From positions 1,984,001 through 2,048,000 of the forward strand of contig CM059432.1 in assembly GCA_030390025.1 (NCBI GenBank): DNA of 64,000 bases, written 5' to 3'. A model generated the notes under the pieces. That model saw nothing but the letters and a program-made list of their open reading frames with translations. It did not search any database and was not told the DNA's origin. Shown in pieces: positions 25,226-37,384 of the stretch (position 1 is the first letter of the stretch; every line of letters begins with the position of its first letter). This stretch comes from Squalus acanthias. Its lineage: Eukaryota. The translations under genes were made by a program, and so were the position numbers.

Positions 25226-25794
25226 TCCTTAAGCCACATGCCCATTTGTCATGTATAAACCCTGACGTGGAATGCAGGCATAAGAACAGGAGGAGGCCGT
25301 TCAGCCCCTCCAGCCTGATCCGCCATTCAATTAAATCATGGCTGACCTGTATCTCAACTCCATTTACCCGCCTTGAAACCAAAATTTTCAACGGATCCCT
25401 CAGCATCCACAGCCTATTTGGGGGAGAGAGTTCCAGATTTCCACTGCTCTTTGTGTGAAGAAGTGAATCATAGAATCCTAGGCCCGTCGTGTCTGTGCTG
25501 GCTCTTTGAAAGAACAGTCAGGCTGAGCCTCACATCCCGGCTTTTTGTCCGTAACCCTGTGAGTTCCTCAAGAGTCTGTCCAACTCCTGATTTCTGTGCT
25601 TCCCTTTTTTCACTCCTGAATGGCCTGGCTCTAATTTTAAGATTGTCTCCTCTTGTTTTGGACTCCCCCCACCAGAGGAAATAGTTTCTCTGTGTCTAGA
25701 ATGCAGGACAAATCCAACCCCGCCAATAACCAGTCCATCAGCCTGTGGAGTACAAAGGCTGTTAACCCTGCCAACTGTGCTCGCATGCTAAGAA

Positions 25795-26475
25795 ACAAAG
25801 AAAGACTTGCATTTCTCTCGCGCCTTTCACAACCACCGGACGTCCCAAAGCGCTTCACAGCCAATGAAGTACTTTTTGAAGTGTATTCACTGTTGTAATG
25901 TGGGAAACGCGGCAGCCAATTTGCGCACAGCAAGCTCCCACAAACAGCAATGCGATAATGACCAGATAATCTGTTTTAGTGATGTTGATTGAGGGATAAA
26001 TATTGGCCCCAGGACACCGGGGATAACTCCCCTGCTCTTCTTCGAAATAGCGCCATGGGATCTTTTACGTCCACCTGGTTTAACATCTCATCCGAAAGAC
26101 AGCATCTCTGACAGTGCAGCACTCCCTCGGATAGTCAGCCTAGATTTTTGTGCTCAAGTCTCTGGAGTGGGACTTGAACACACAACCTTCTGACTCAGAG
26201 GTGAGGGTGCTGCCCACTGAGCCACGGCTGACACTAAGAAGAAAAGCAACAACTTGTATTTATACAGCGCTTTTAACGTAGTAAAATGTCCCAAGGCGCT
26301 TCACAGGAGTATTATAAGACAAATAAAATTGACACTGAGCCACATAAGGAGATATTAGGGCGGGTGACCAAAAGCTTGGTCAAAGAGGGAGATTTTAAGG
26401 AGCATCTTAAAGGAGGAGAGAGAGGCGGAGAGGTTTAGGGAGGGAATTCCAGAGCTTGGGGCCCAGGCAGCTGAA
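25795..26475 (-). mobile_element. Deu-SINE (25795-26235) followed by an L2 tail fragment (26245-26475)
   Basis: Reverse complements of the families above. Confidence 0.82.
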
Positions 26476-27319
26476 AACAGATGATCTGTTTTGGTGATGT
26501 TGGATGAGGGATAAACATTGGCCCCAGGACAATCCTGCTCTTCTTTGGATTTTTTTACATCCACCTGAGAGAGCAGACGTCGGTTTAACCTCCCCTCCGA
26601 AAGAGTTGGGTAAGGGTATTACGGGTTACAGAACCAAGGCGGGTGGATGGAGTTAAGATACAGATCAGCCATGATCTCATTGAATGGCGGAACAGGCTGG
26701 AGTGGATGAATGGTCTTCTCCTGTTCCTGTGATGGTGCAAAATCTGGAACAGTGCTTTGAGATGGCGGGGGGGGGGGGGGTGGGGGCGGTGACGGGGAAG
26801 GTTAGCGACAGCATTAACTGGGAGAGAGTGAGGGAGAAGAATGCCAGAGTAAACTGGAACATAAGAAATAAGAGCAGGAGTCGGCCATTCGGTCCCTCGA
26901 GCCTGCTGCATCATTCAATAAGATCATGGCTGATCTTCAACCTCAACTCCACTCTCCCGCCCGATCCCCATATCCCTTGATTTCCCTCAGTGCCCCCCCC
27001 TAAAAACTGGAAGGGGATAGGGTATCAGATGGGTTCTTTTGTGACCGGGAACAGTGGCGGGGGTGGGGGGAGCGGGGGCTTTGGCTGGAAGGGTGAAGGT
27101 GAAGGTGATTGCTGGATAAGCAATAGTCCTGTTGACAATCCAAATGTCGCTCTGTTTTTCCTTCTCTTCCCAACAAATTATCGACTGTGAACTGTAAAAC
27201 TCTTTAACATTAGCCAGACTGCATCGTTTTTAATGAATAAAAATATTCATTTTCCAGTGAACTTGCCCAGGATCCCCGCCCCCACCTTGCCTTATAAAAA
27301 TACTGCCAGCTCTGTGCCT

Positions 27320-28365
27320 TCAAACTCGGAAATGTAGTAAACAGGGAGGAGGATAGTAACAGACTGCAGGAGGGCACGGACAGACCGGTTGATTGGGCAG
27401 ACACGTGGCAGATTAAATTTAACGCAGAGAGGTGTGAAGTGATGCATTCTGGAAGGAAGGATGAGGAGAGGCAATGTGAACAAAAGGGTACGATGTTAAA
27501 GGGGGCGCAGCACGTTACCTGCAAGCTGCGTGGCGCTCTGCAGGTCCCGCACAGCCGGTGAGCCGACTATTAAATAGAAAAACAGCACCTGCGCGGAATT
27601 CTGAATGGCCGCGCAGCCCGTTAAAGGGGCCGCGCGGGCCAAAAAGAAATGAGAGGGAATATTGGTCTGCAGGAACAGAGAGACCTGGGGGCATACGTAC
27701 AGGTGGCAGGACACGTTGATAAGGCTGTTAAAAAAAAGCACACAGAATCCTTGGCTTTATAAATAGCAGCGTAGAGTTACAAAAGTTATGCTTAACCTTT
27801 AGAAAACACTGGTTAGGCCTCAGCTGGAGTATGGTGTCCAATTCGAGCACCACACTTTCGGAAGGATGTCAAGGCCTTGGAGAGGGTGCAGAGGAGATTT
27901 ACTAGAATGGTTCCAGGGATGAGGGACTTCAGTTATGTGGAGAGACTGGAGAAGCTGGGATTGTTCTTGGAGCAGAGAAGGTTAAAGGGAGATTTAATTG
28001 AGGTGTTCAGAATCATGAAGGGTTTTGATAGAGTAGAGAGAGAGAAACTGTTTCCACTGGTGGGAGGGTCGGTAACCAGAGGACACAGATTTGAGATAAT
28101 CGGCAAAAGAACCAGAGGGGGAGATGAGGAGAATGTTTTTACAGCGAGTTGTTGTGATCTGGAATGCGCTGCCTGAAAGGGCGGTGGAAGCAGATTCAAT
28201 AGTAACTTTCAAAAGGGAATCGGATAAATACTTGAAGGGAAAATATTTGCCGACTATGGGGAAAGAGCAGGGGAGAGTGGGACTAATTGGAGAGCTCGTT
28301 CAAAGAGCCGGCACAGGCACGATGGGCCGAATGGCCTCCTTCTGTGCTGTACAATTCTCTGATTC
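27320..28365 (+). mobile_element. CR1 LINE 3' fragment interrupted by a hAT-like MITE
   Basis: WADTWQIKFNAERCEVMH...ERVQRRFTRMVPG (ORF 27877-28176) plus tail. Confidence 0.85.
27511..27664 (-). mobile_element. Short hAT-like MITE
   Basis: Reverse complement aligns with 63687-63842 (CAATATTCCCTCT..., CTGTGCGGGACCT); degenerate 8-bp flanks GGGCGCAG/GTCTGCAG; interrupts a CR1. Confidence 0.55.
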
Positions 28366-28639
28366 TTTAATTTTGATTACTGATTCAAGATTTTACGTAC
28401 TTCTGTTCGTAAGCCTCTCCCCTACAATACAAGAAATGTGTATATCTGCTGCTTAAGTTACAAAGCTATTGGTAAACTTTTACATAAAGTTACATCGAGT
28501 CTACAGCACAGAAACAGGCCATTCAGCCCATCTGGTCTGTGCCGGTGTTTCTGCTCCACACGCACCTCCTCCCACCCCTCTTCATCTCACCCTATCAGCA
28601 TATGGGGTTGGAGGAAGTAGGGTGGGCGGAGGCTCGAGT

Positions 28640-29250
28640 GTCTTATGAGGAGAGATTGGGTCGACTAGACCTGTATTCACTAGAGTTTAGAAGAATGAGA
28701 GGTGATCTCATTGAAACGTATAAAATTCTGACAGGGCTAGACAGACTGGATGCAGGGAGGATGTTTCCCCTGGCTGGGGGCTCTAATACGAGGGGTCACA
28801 GTCTCAGGATACGGGGTAGGACATTTAGGACTGAGATGAGGAGAAATGTCTTCACTCAGAGGGTGGTGAACCTGTGGAATTCTCTACCACAGAAGGCTGT
28901 GGTGGCCAAGTCACTGAATATATTTAAGAAGGAGATCGATAGATTTCTAGACACAAAAGGCATCAAGGGGTATGGGGAGAGAGCGGGGGTATGGTATTGA
29001 GATAGAGGATCAACCATATTCATATCGAAGGGCCGAATGGCCGACTCCTGCTCCTATGTTTCTATATCCTTCTATTCCTTTCTCCCTCATGTGTTTATCC
29101 AGCTTCTCCTTAAATGTATCTGTGCTATTCACCTCAACCACTCCCTGTGGTAGCGAGTTCCACATTCTCACCACTCTCTGGGTAAAGAAGTTCTCCTGAA
29201 TTCCTTATTGGATTTATTAGTGACCGTCTTAAATTTGTGCCCACTAGTTT
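28640..29250. mobile_element. CR1 3' fragment (+, 28640-29065) nested in an antisense CR1 tail (28490-28600, 29065-29250)
   Basis: ORF 28539-29000 C-terminal CR1 motifs; the host sequence is continuous across the insert. Confidence 0.8.
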
Positions 29251-29965
29251 TTGAATCTTTTCGCTGGTGTTCCAGCCCAAAGAGCAACGCTTCCGTCAGG
29301 AGGCTCAGATGTTGCCGAGGGTCTCAGAGATCCATTTCATTGTGCTCTAATTTGGAGAATAAATGAGAGCAGAAGAGATACGAGAAGGGAAAAAAAAGTC
29401 ATGTTCCTCGGGGAATTGGGCTGGTTGTTGCAGCCAGGAAAAAAGGCTGAGTTAGTTCCGAGCTGCTGAGCAGCTGGCAATGAACCAAGTTCCTCCACTC
29501 TGTTGGTACTGAGGTATTCACTAGATATATGCTGCCCATAGATCTAGTGAAGACCACCCAGAACCGTGACATGAAGTAATCTCCAAAGAAGGTACTGTAA
29601 GCCCTGTATTGCTGCACCAATGCACCACTGGAAGCAATAACTCACCAAAATGTAGTGCCCTGCACTGTGACCGAGCATAAAGGTATCTGTGTGCCTCTCT
29701 CCGATGACCAGGAATGGAATGATAAACTGTGGGGAGACCAGAACTGAGAGGTTGTGCTTATCAGCTGAACAGGCTGGGGCTCTTTGCCCCTCTTTAAAAA
29801 AAATAGAGAAGGCTGAGGTGTTACCCAATAGAGGTCTTTCAAATTATGAAGGGGTTCGATAGGGTAGACGTAGAGAAGATGTTTCCACCTGTGAAAAACT
29901 AGGGGTCATAAATGTAAGATAGTCACTAATAATTCCAGGTTATAGTCCAACAGCTTTATTTGAAA

Positions 29966-30002
29966 TCACAAGCTTTCGGAGCGCTGCTCCTTCGTCAGGT
30001 GA
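29966..30002 (-). ncRNA. Minimal type I hammerhead ribozyme motif (mirror copy)
   Basis: Exact reverse complement of 30006-30042. Confidence 0.8.
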
Positions 30003-30005
30003 AGT

Positions 30006-30042
30006 TCACCTGACGAAGGAGCAGCGCTCCGAAAGCTTGTGA
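30006..30042 (+). ncRNA. Minimal type I hammerhead ribozyme motif
   Basis: UCAC-CUGACGA-A-GGAGC/AGC/GCUCC-GAAA-GCUU-GUGA; all core nucleotides present. Confidence 0.8.
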
Positions 30043-30714
30043 TTTCAAATAAAGCTGTTGGACTATAACCCGGTGTTGTGCGACTTCTCACATTTGTCCA
30101 CCCCAGTCCAACACCGGCATCTCCACATCATGACTAATAAATCCAATCGGGAATTCAGGAGAAACTTCTTTACCCAGAGAGTGGTGAGAATGTGGAACTC
30201 GCTACCACAGGGAGTGGTTGAGGCGAATAGCACAGATACATTTAAGGGGAGGCTAGAGAGAGGAATAGAAGGTTATGCTGATGGGGTGAGATGAAGAGGG
30301 GTGGGAGGAGGCTCGTGTGGAGCAGAAACACCGGCACGGACCAGTTGGGCCGAATGGCCTGTTTCTGTGCTGTACATTCTATTCCCTGTTCATAATGGGT
30401 CCGCGGTTCACACACACACAAACACACTCAGTTTTATAGAATTTTGTAGATGAAGACACAATCGTCCTGCAACGCCGCAAAACAATTCTTAAGATCGTAC
30501 GTTGTGGGGGAGGGGCAAGCATTGTATTATTATTTAAAAATCTGAATTAAAAAGAGAAATGCTGGAAGTGCAGAGAAGGTGCATCAGGACCGGAAGGAGA
30601 GGAAAGAACGGAGCTTCTGGTGAGGAGCCTTCACTGAAATGTTAATTTGCGTTTTCTCTGCAGTTTGAGAATTTCCAGCAATTTTTGCTTTTATTTCAGT
30701 CACCATTTATCTTT

Positions 30715-31110
30715 TGATAAAATCCTCATCCTTGTCTTCAAATCCCTCCATGGCCTCGCCCCCTCCCTATCTCTGTAATCTCCTCCAGCCCCACAACCCC
30801 TCCGAGATCTCTGCGCTCCTCCAATTCCGGCCTCTCGCCCATCCCCGATTTCCATCGCTCCACCATTGGCGGCCGTGCCTTCAGCTGCCTGGGCCCCTAA
30901 GCTCTGGAATTCCCTCCCTAAACCTCTCCGCCTCTCTCCACCTTTAAGACGCTCCTTAAATCCTACCTCTTTGACCAAGCTTTTGGTCACCTGTCCTAAT
31001 ATCTCCTTATGTGGCTCGGCGCCAAACTTTGTTTGTTGACGCTCCTGTGAAGCGCCTTGGGGCGTTTTACTACGTTAGGAAGGCGCTGTATAAATACAAG
31101 TTGTTGTTGC
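30715..31110 (+). mobile_element. L2 LINE 3' fragment
   Basis: Same family as 1020-1425, with GTT tail. Confidence 0.85.
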
Positions 31111-31141
31111 TGCATTTGTAGGCCTCTATCGGATTACCTCC

Positions 31142-31528
31142 AACTCTACAGCAGCAATAGAAGATATCGCACGGGTCCCAGTGCACTATTACATTTCAAA
31201 AGTGGGTGAATCTGACCACATACCTGCATGTTGCATACATTTGGGCTAATGACTAGTGACATGAATCTTGTCATTCATGTGGAAATGACTTATGACATAA
31301 TACTGGGCGGCCTGCTGGTGGCGCTGTCCAGGGAAAGTATAAATACTCGGGCATGGGCCCAGCTTGCTCAGGACATTCTTTAACAGGAACTAGTGAAGGA
31401 CACAACTGGACCTCCATGTTGAAAAACAGTTGATTAAAGCTTTGTTTAACGCTTAGACCAAATGCCTGGTAGTTTTCTTACGTCAACTAGTTTAAACGTG
31501 GAATCACGTTAGAGACCATGGAGTGGCC
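31142..31528 (+). repeat. Left arm of an inverted duplication (partner 41428-41580)
   Basis: 31142-31257 matches the reverse complement of 41465-41580 (8 mismatches/116); 31486-31528 matches that of 41428-41470 (2/43). Confidence 0.85.
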
Positions 31529-32400
31529 GATTTAAATGGAAGTTGGTGTTGCTGTTGCTGTCTAACATGAAAATCTGGTCTAAAAAAGGGAACTGTCATC
31601 ATGAAAAGTGTGTGCAAAACATAGGAATATGAATCACGTAAATCATTACGATGATCATGATGTCTCTTCCCCCTCCTCGAAGGAACTAAAAGGTTTGCCA
31701 ACTATTACTTCAGGAAGACACCGGTCCTTTCAAAATCGTTGCAGTTTACAACAGCATTGGGATACACCAAAACAGGCAGCAGAGGTTTCATGCAGATGAT
31801 AACACAGCGGGCGGGTGGGAATCTGGGGTATTAACACTGCGGCAACTCGCAATTTATCTCCAGTCGCCATTGCATTTCACGCTGCCATCGCCAATACCTT
31901 CGATTAGCTGTTAGTGGTCGGTAAGTAGTCTTGCAAATGGTAAAAGGAATTCGAGTGGAAAGAATGGAACGCTGGGGAATTGCGACGCTCTCAAGGGCTA
32001 TCTGTGGCAGCAGTGCGTCTACACCAACAATGCAAACGGCTCAAATATGCTGACGTTTGTTCCCCGATGCATAAAGCTTGTGGAATCAAGATCAGCTGTG
32101 CAGCTGCCGGTCTTATCTGAACCGACCGCATTATCGAGCCCAAAACAACAACTACAACTTGCATTGATATAGCACCTGCAACATAGTAAAACGTCCCAAG
32201 GCGCTTCACCTCAACCACTCCCTGTGGTAGCGAGTTCCACATTCTCACTACTCTCTGGGTAAAGAAGTTTCTTCTGAATTCCCGATTGGATTTATCAGTG
32301 GAAGGCAGAGAAATCAAGTGTGTAAATCAAACAGGGCCACAGTAAATAGTAATTCTAAAAGGACTAATAAGAGTGTTAAAAAATCAAGCCTGAAGGCTTT

Positions 32401-33293
32401 GGGGTAGAAATTAGGTCGCGCCCCATTTGGGGCGCAAATATCGTCTGGACGCAAATATTAGCGCCTGGCGCTAATTATCGGTACTGACTGGAAACTTCAC
32501 TTTTACCGCCCCGGGAGGTGAGTGGAGCGCTAAAGCAGGCGCTGCACACCTGTCTTAAGGCGCAAAGGCCAAGGAGTGAGGCACTAACTCGGAGCGCTGG
32601 CGAAGCTCATGTAATGTCAGTCAGCAATGGAACACACACACAATGGCACGGGCCAGTTCTTAAAGGGGATGGTTAATCTCGCTTTCCATCCACATCCTGT
32701 TCATTGCAGCCTTGAATCTCGGCCTGGAGAGACTTGCACATCAAATGTGCTGGAAAGAACAATGGAGAGTACCAGGCAAAGAGCTTAGAGTGCAGCTCCC
32801 ACAGTCTCTGCTAAATCGATACAAGGAATGGCAAATCAAAATGAACCTGCAAAGTGCTGCTCAGTACCCAAAACTCCTTCACACAACGTTGAATCTCTCC
32901 AGAAGTCTCTCCCTCTCTCTCTCAGAATGCGTAGTTCAAAAATGCCACCAACAATAAAAGGCAGGAAGAGGCCCCCTTTAAATAGCGCCCCCCCCAGCCC
33001 CACAGCGATTGATAGCGTTCCAGTCTTCTGGTCGTTGGATGCGCCAGGCGGTAAGGCAGGGGGCGCCACTCAATTTCTGCTGAGGGGCGCCACAAGGGCG
33101 TTGCACCATGGAATGACGTCACAATCTGCGCGCGCAGGTGGTCGCAGCGGTAAGTTTTAGTGCCGCCGCACAATGTCAAGTTAAGTTCCCGAGCGGCGCA
33201 AACATCGCTGCGCCCGGGCGTTAGCGGCTTTGCGCCCCATTAGCGCCCTCTTAAGGCGCTAACGGGAGGCGCAACCAACTGAATTTTTACCCC
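32401..33293. mobile_element. PIF/Harbinger-like MITE, copy 2, 893 bp
   Basis: Termini GGGGTAGAAATT ... AATTTTTACCCC; TSD TTT (32398-400/33294-96); removing it restores LKAL|CLNARSI of CR1 ORF2. Confidence 0.82.
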
Positions 33294-33294
33294 T

Positions 33295-35929
33295 TTGTGT
33301 CTTAATGCGAGGAGCATTCGCAATAAGGTGGATGAATTAGCTGCACAAATAGATGTAAACGGATATGATATAATTGGGATTACGGAGACATGGCTCCAGG
33401 ATGACCAAGTCTGGGAATTCAACATCCAGGGGTATTCAATATTCAGGAAGGACAGGAAAAAAGGAAAAGGAGGTGGGGTAGCATTGCTGGTTAAAGAGGA
33501 GATTAACACAATAGTAAGGAAGGATATTAGCTCTGATGATGTGGAATCTGTATGGGCAGAGCTGAGAAATACCAAGGGGCAGAAAACATTAGTGGGAGTT
33601 GTATACAGACCCCCAAACAGTAATGCTGAGGTTGGGGATAGCATTAAATGGGAAATTAGAGATGTGTGCAATAAGGGCACAGCAGTTATCATGGGTGACT
33701 TTAATCTACATATAGATTGGGCTAACCAAATTAGTAACAATACTGTGGAGGAGGAATTCCTAGAGTGTATACGGGATGGTTTCCTGGACCAATATGTCGA
33801 GGAACCAACTAGAGATCAGGCCATCTTAGACTGGGTATTATGTAATGAGAAAGGATTAATTAGCAATCTTGTTGTGCAAGGCCCCTTGGGGAGGAGCGAT
33901 CATAATATGATAGAATTCTTCATTAAAATGGAGCGTGAAGTAGTTGACTCAGAGACTAGGGTCCTGAATTTAAATAAAGGAAATTACGATGGTATGAGGC
34001 ACGAGTTGGCTAGAATGGATAGGGGAATGTTACTTAAAGGGTTGACGGTGGATAGGCAATGGCAAACATTTAAAGATCGCATGGATGAACTACAGAATTT
34101 GTTCATCCCTGTTTGGCATAAAAATAAAACAAAAAGGGTGACTCAACCATGGCTAACAAGAGAAATTAGGGATAGCATAAGATCCAAGGAGAGGACATAT
34201 AATTTGGCCAGAAAAAGCAGCAAACCTGAGGTATGGGAGCAGTTTAGGATTCAGCAAAGGAGGACAAAGGGATTAATTAAGAGGGGGACAATAGATTATG
34301 AGAGTAAGCTTGCAGGGAACATAAAAACTGACTGTAAAAGCTTCTATAGATATGTGAAGAGATAAAGATTGGTGAAGTCAAGCGTAGGTCCCTTGCAATC
34401 AGAATCAGGGGATTTTATAATGGGGAACAAAGAAATGGCAGACCAATTAAATACATACTTTGGTTCTGTCTTCACAAAGGAGGACACAAATAACCTCCCA
34501 GAGATGTCAGGGAACATAGGGTCTAATGAGAGGGAGGAATTGAATGAAATCAGTATTTGTAGGGAAATGGTGTTAGGGAAATTGACGGGATTGAAGGCCA
34601 ATAAATCCCCAGGGCCTGATAATCTACATCCTAGGGTACTTAAGGAAGTGGCCCTAGAAATAGTAGATGCATTGCTGGTCATCTTTCAAAATTCTATAGA
34701 CTCTGGAACAGTTCCCATGGATTGGAGTGTAGCGAATATAACCCCACTATTTAAAAAAGGTGGTAGAGAAAAAACGGGGAATTACAGACCGGTAAGCCTG
34801 ACATCGGTAGTGGGGAAAATGCTAGAGTCCATTATAAAAGATGTAATAGCAGAGCACTTGCAAAACAGTGACAGGATCGGACAAAGTCAACGTAGATTTA
34901 CAAAAGGTAAATCATGCTTGACTAATCTACTGGAATTTTTTGAGGATGTAACTGGTAGAATAGATAAGGGAGAGCCAGTGGATGTGGTGTATTTGGACTT
35001 TCAGAAGGCTTTCGATAAGGTCCCGCATAAGAGATTAGCATGCAAAGTTAAAGCACACGGGATTGGGGGTAAGGTACTGTCTTGGATAGAGAACTGGTTG
35101 GCAGACAGGAAGCAAAGAGTTGGAATAAACGGGTCTTTTTCCGAGTGGCAGGCAGTGACTAGTGGGGTACCGCAGGGATCGGTCCTAGGACCCCAGCTAT
35201 TCACAATATATATGAATGATCTAGACGAGGGAACTAGATGTAATATCTCCAAGTTTGCAGATGACACAAAGCTAGGTGGGCGTGTGTGCTGTGAGGAGGA
35301 TGCAGAAACTCCAGTATGATTTGGACAGGTTGGGGGATTGGGCAGATGCATGGCAAATGCAGTATAATGTGGATAAATGCGAGGTTATCCACTTCGGTGG
35401 CAAAAACAGGAAGACAGATTATTATCTGAACGGCAATAGATTGAGAAAAGGGGAAGTGCAACGAGATCTGGGTGTCCTTGTGCACCAGTCACTGAAGGTA
35501 AGCATGCAGGTGCAGCAGGCGGTTAAGAAGGCAAATGGTATGTTGGCCTTCATAGCGAGAGGATTTGTGTACAGGAGCAAGGATGTCTTGCTGCAGTTGT
35601 ACAGGGCCTTAGTGAGACCACACCTTGAGTATTGTGTGCAGTTTTGGTCGCCTTATCTGAGGAAGGATGTTCTTGGCATGGAGGGAGTGCAGCGAAGATT
35701 CCCCAGACTGATACCTGGGATGGCAGGAATGACGTATGAGGAGAGATTGGGTCGATTAGGCTTATACTCGCTAGAGTTTAGGAGAATGAGAGGGGATCTC
35801 ATTGAAACTTATAAAATTCTAACAGGACTAGACAGACTAGATGCAGGAAGGATGTTCCCGATGGCGGGGGTGTCCAGAACCAGGGGTCACAGTCTAAGGA
35901 TAAGGGGTAAGCCATTTAGGATGAGATGA
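33295..35929 (+). pseudogene. CR1 ORF2 (APE endonuclease + reverse transcriptase), broken into three ORFs
   Basis: 33295-34365: CLNARSI, GITETWL, VYRPP, MGDFN, SDH (APE). 34369-35319: [36 protein letters not shown] (RT). 35276-35929: C-terminus. In-frame TAA at 34363-65; frameshifts near 35305 and 35920. Confidence 0.95.
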
Positions 35930-36984
35930 GGAAGAATTTCTTCACCCAGAGAGTGGTGAACCTGTGGAATTCTCTACCACACAAGGCAGTTGAGGCCAAT
36001 TCATTAAATATATTCAAGAAGGAGATAGATATATTTCTTAAGGCTAAAGGGATCAAGGGATATGGGGAGAAAGCAGGGACAGGGTACTGAGTTTGGATGA
36101 TCAGCCATGATCTCATTAAATGGCGGAGCAGGCTAGAGGGGCCGAATGGCCTACTCCTGCTCCTATCTTCTATGTTTCTATGTTAGTGACTATCTTATAT
36201 TTAGGGCCCCTAGTTTGGGTCTCCTCCACAAGTGGAAATATCTTCTCTACGTCGAGCCTATAAAAACCCTTTCATAATTATAAAAACCTCCATCAGGTCA
36301 CCTCTCAATCTTTTTTCTAGAGAAGAGCCCCAGCCTGTTCAGCTTTTCCTGGTATGTATAACCGCTCATTTGTGGGGATCATCCTTGTAAATCTTTTCTT
36401 GCACCTTCTCCCCTGCCTCATCTATCCTTTGTTGTGATATGGAGACCAGAACTGTGCACAGGATTCCAGTCAAGAGTGTCATGAATGAAGCATAAAGGAA
36501 ATATGTTAACTCTGAGCGGAAAGATGAAGCACATGCTTTGTTTAGGGGGCTTGACTGGGCAACCAGACCATTAGTAAGTGCTACGAGTCACACCAGCAAT
36601 GACTTTTGTCTCCGATTGACAAGGATCTGTTTTTTCATCATTCTGTAGAATAGCGTTGAGTTGTAGCCTAACACTCTGCCTTCTGCCCACGAAAATATGT
36701 AAATAGCTCGCCAAAAGCAGGACATGCAATGTGCAAAGGCAACACTGGTTAAAGTAAAATCAATACCACTGCAGTTAGAGCTGTAGAGATATATTATACA
36801 ATCGATACGAGGAAGGAAAAGCTTGGCCTGATTTGCAAAAGGCTGTCTCTTTGACAAATTCCAGGGATTTCAATTGCAAACTCACTGAATTTGAAAAGGT
36901 AAATGTATTAACCATTCGCAAACAGGAATGGCCGTTCCGCAGCGACAGCCCTTCCTAACGTAAAACAACATTTCTCTTCTGCTG

Positions 36985-37305
36985 GCACGTCACTGCAGGA
37001 GTTCCTCAGGGCAGTGTCCTCTACCCAACCATCTTCAGCTGCTTCATCAATGACCTTCCCTCCATCATAAAGGTCAGAGGAGTGGCTGTTCGCTGATGAC
37101 TGCACAGTGTTCAGTGCCATTCGCAACTCCTCAGATAATGAAGCCGTCCGTGCCAGCAAGCAGCAAGACCCGGACAACGTTCAGGCTCGGGGCTGATAAG
37201 TGGCAGGTAACATTCGCGCCACACAAGTGCCAGGCAATGACCATCTCCAACAAGAGAAAGTCTAACCACCTCCCCATGACATTCCTCGGCATTACCATCG
37301 CCGAA
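36985..37305 (+). mobile_element. RT fragment of the poly(A)-tailed CR1/L2-group LINE
   Basis: [20 protein letters not shown]...LFADD; overlaps in sequence with 18093-18330. Confidence 0.8.
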
Positions 37306-37384
37306 TATACTCAGAAGCTTTAAAATAAAAAGTCATGGATATTTCTAATAGGAACACAGGAACAGGAGGAGGCCATTCAGCCCT

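Larger units (their letters stand above)
29935..30132. mobile_element. PLE-type inverted terminal-repeat insertion (139-bp palindrome + tail) with TSD
   Basis: Arms 29935-30003 and 30005-30073 are reverse complements with one mismatch; flanked by ACTAATAATTCC (29925-36) / ACTAATAAATCC (30133-44). Confidence 0.82.
29763..30385 (+). mobile_element. CR1 3' fragment hosting the PLE palindrome
   Basis: ...KIVTN|TNKSNREFRRNFFTQRVVRMWNSLP continuous across the insertion. Confidence 0.82.
32298..36183 (+). mobile_element. CR1 LINE, 5'-truncated just upstream of ORF2; complete but disrupted EN-RT ORF2
   Basis: Inserted in an antisense CR1 (flanks TCAGTG/TTAGTG); tail TTCTATGTTTCTATG ends at 36183. 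Confidence 0.95.

Noticed and set aside
24502..25458. Gly/Trp-rich ORFs and resemblance to Ig switch-region GGGCT pentamers
   Set aside because: Minisatellite translation; no Ig exons or RSS recognised in the window.
29646..29726. 81-nt minus-strand exon candidate with good splice signals
   Set aside because: The acceptor TTCTGGTCTCCCCACAG resembles CR1 sequence (cf. 23218-23234), and no frame gives a recognisable protein.
31320..31340. REST/RE1 site (GGCGCTGTCC)
   Set aside because: Only one half-site matches.
36613..36625. 13-mer CGATTGACAAGGA repeated at 43508
   Set aside because: A match of this length is expected by chance in 64 kb, and the flanks do not extend.
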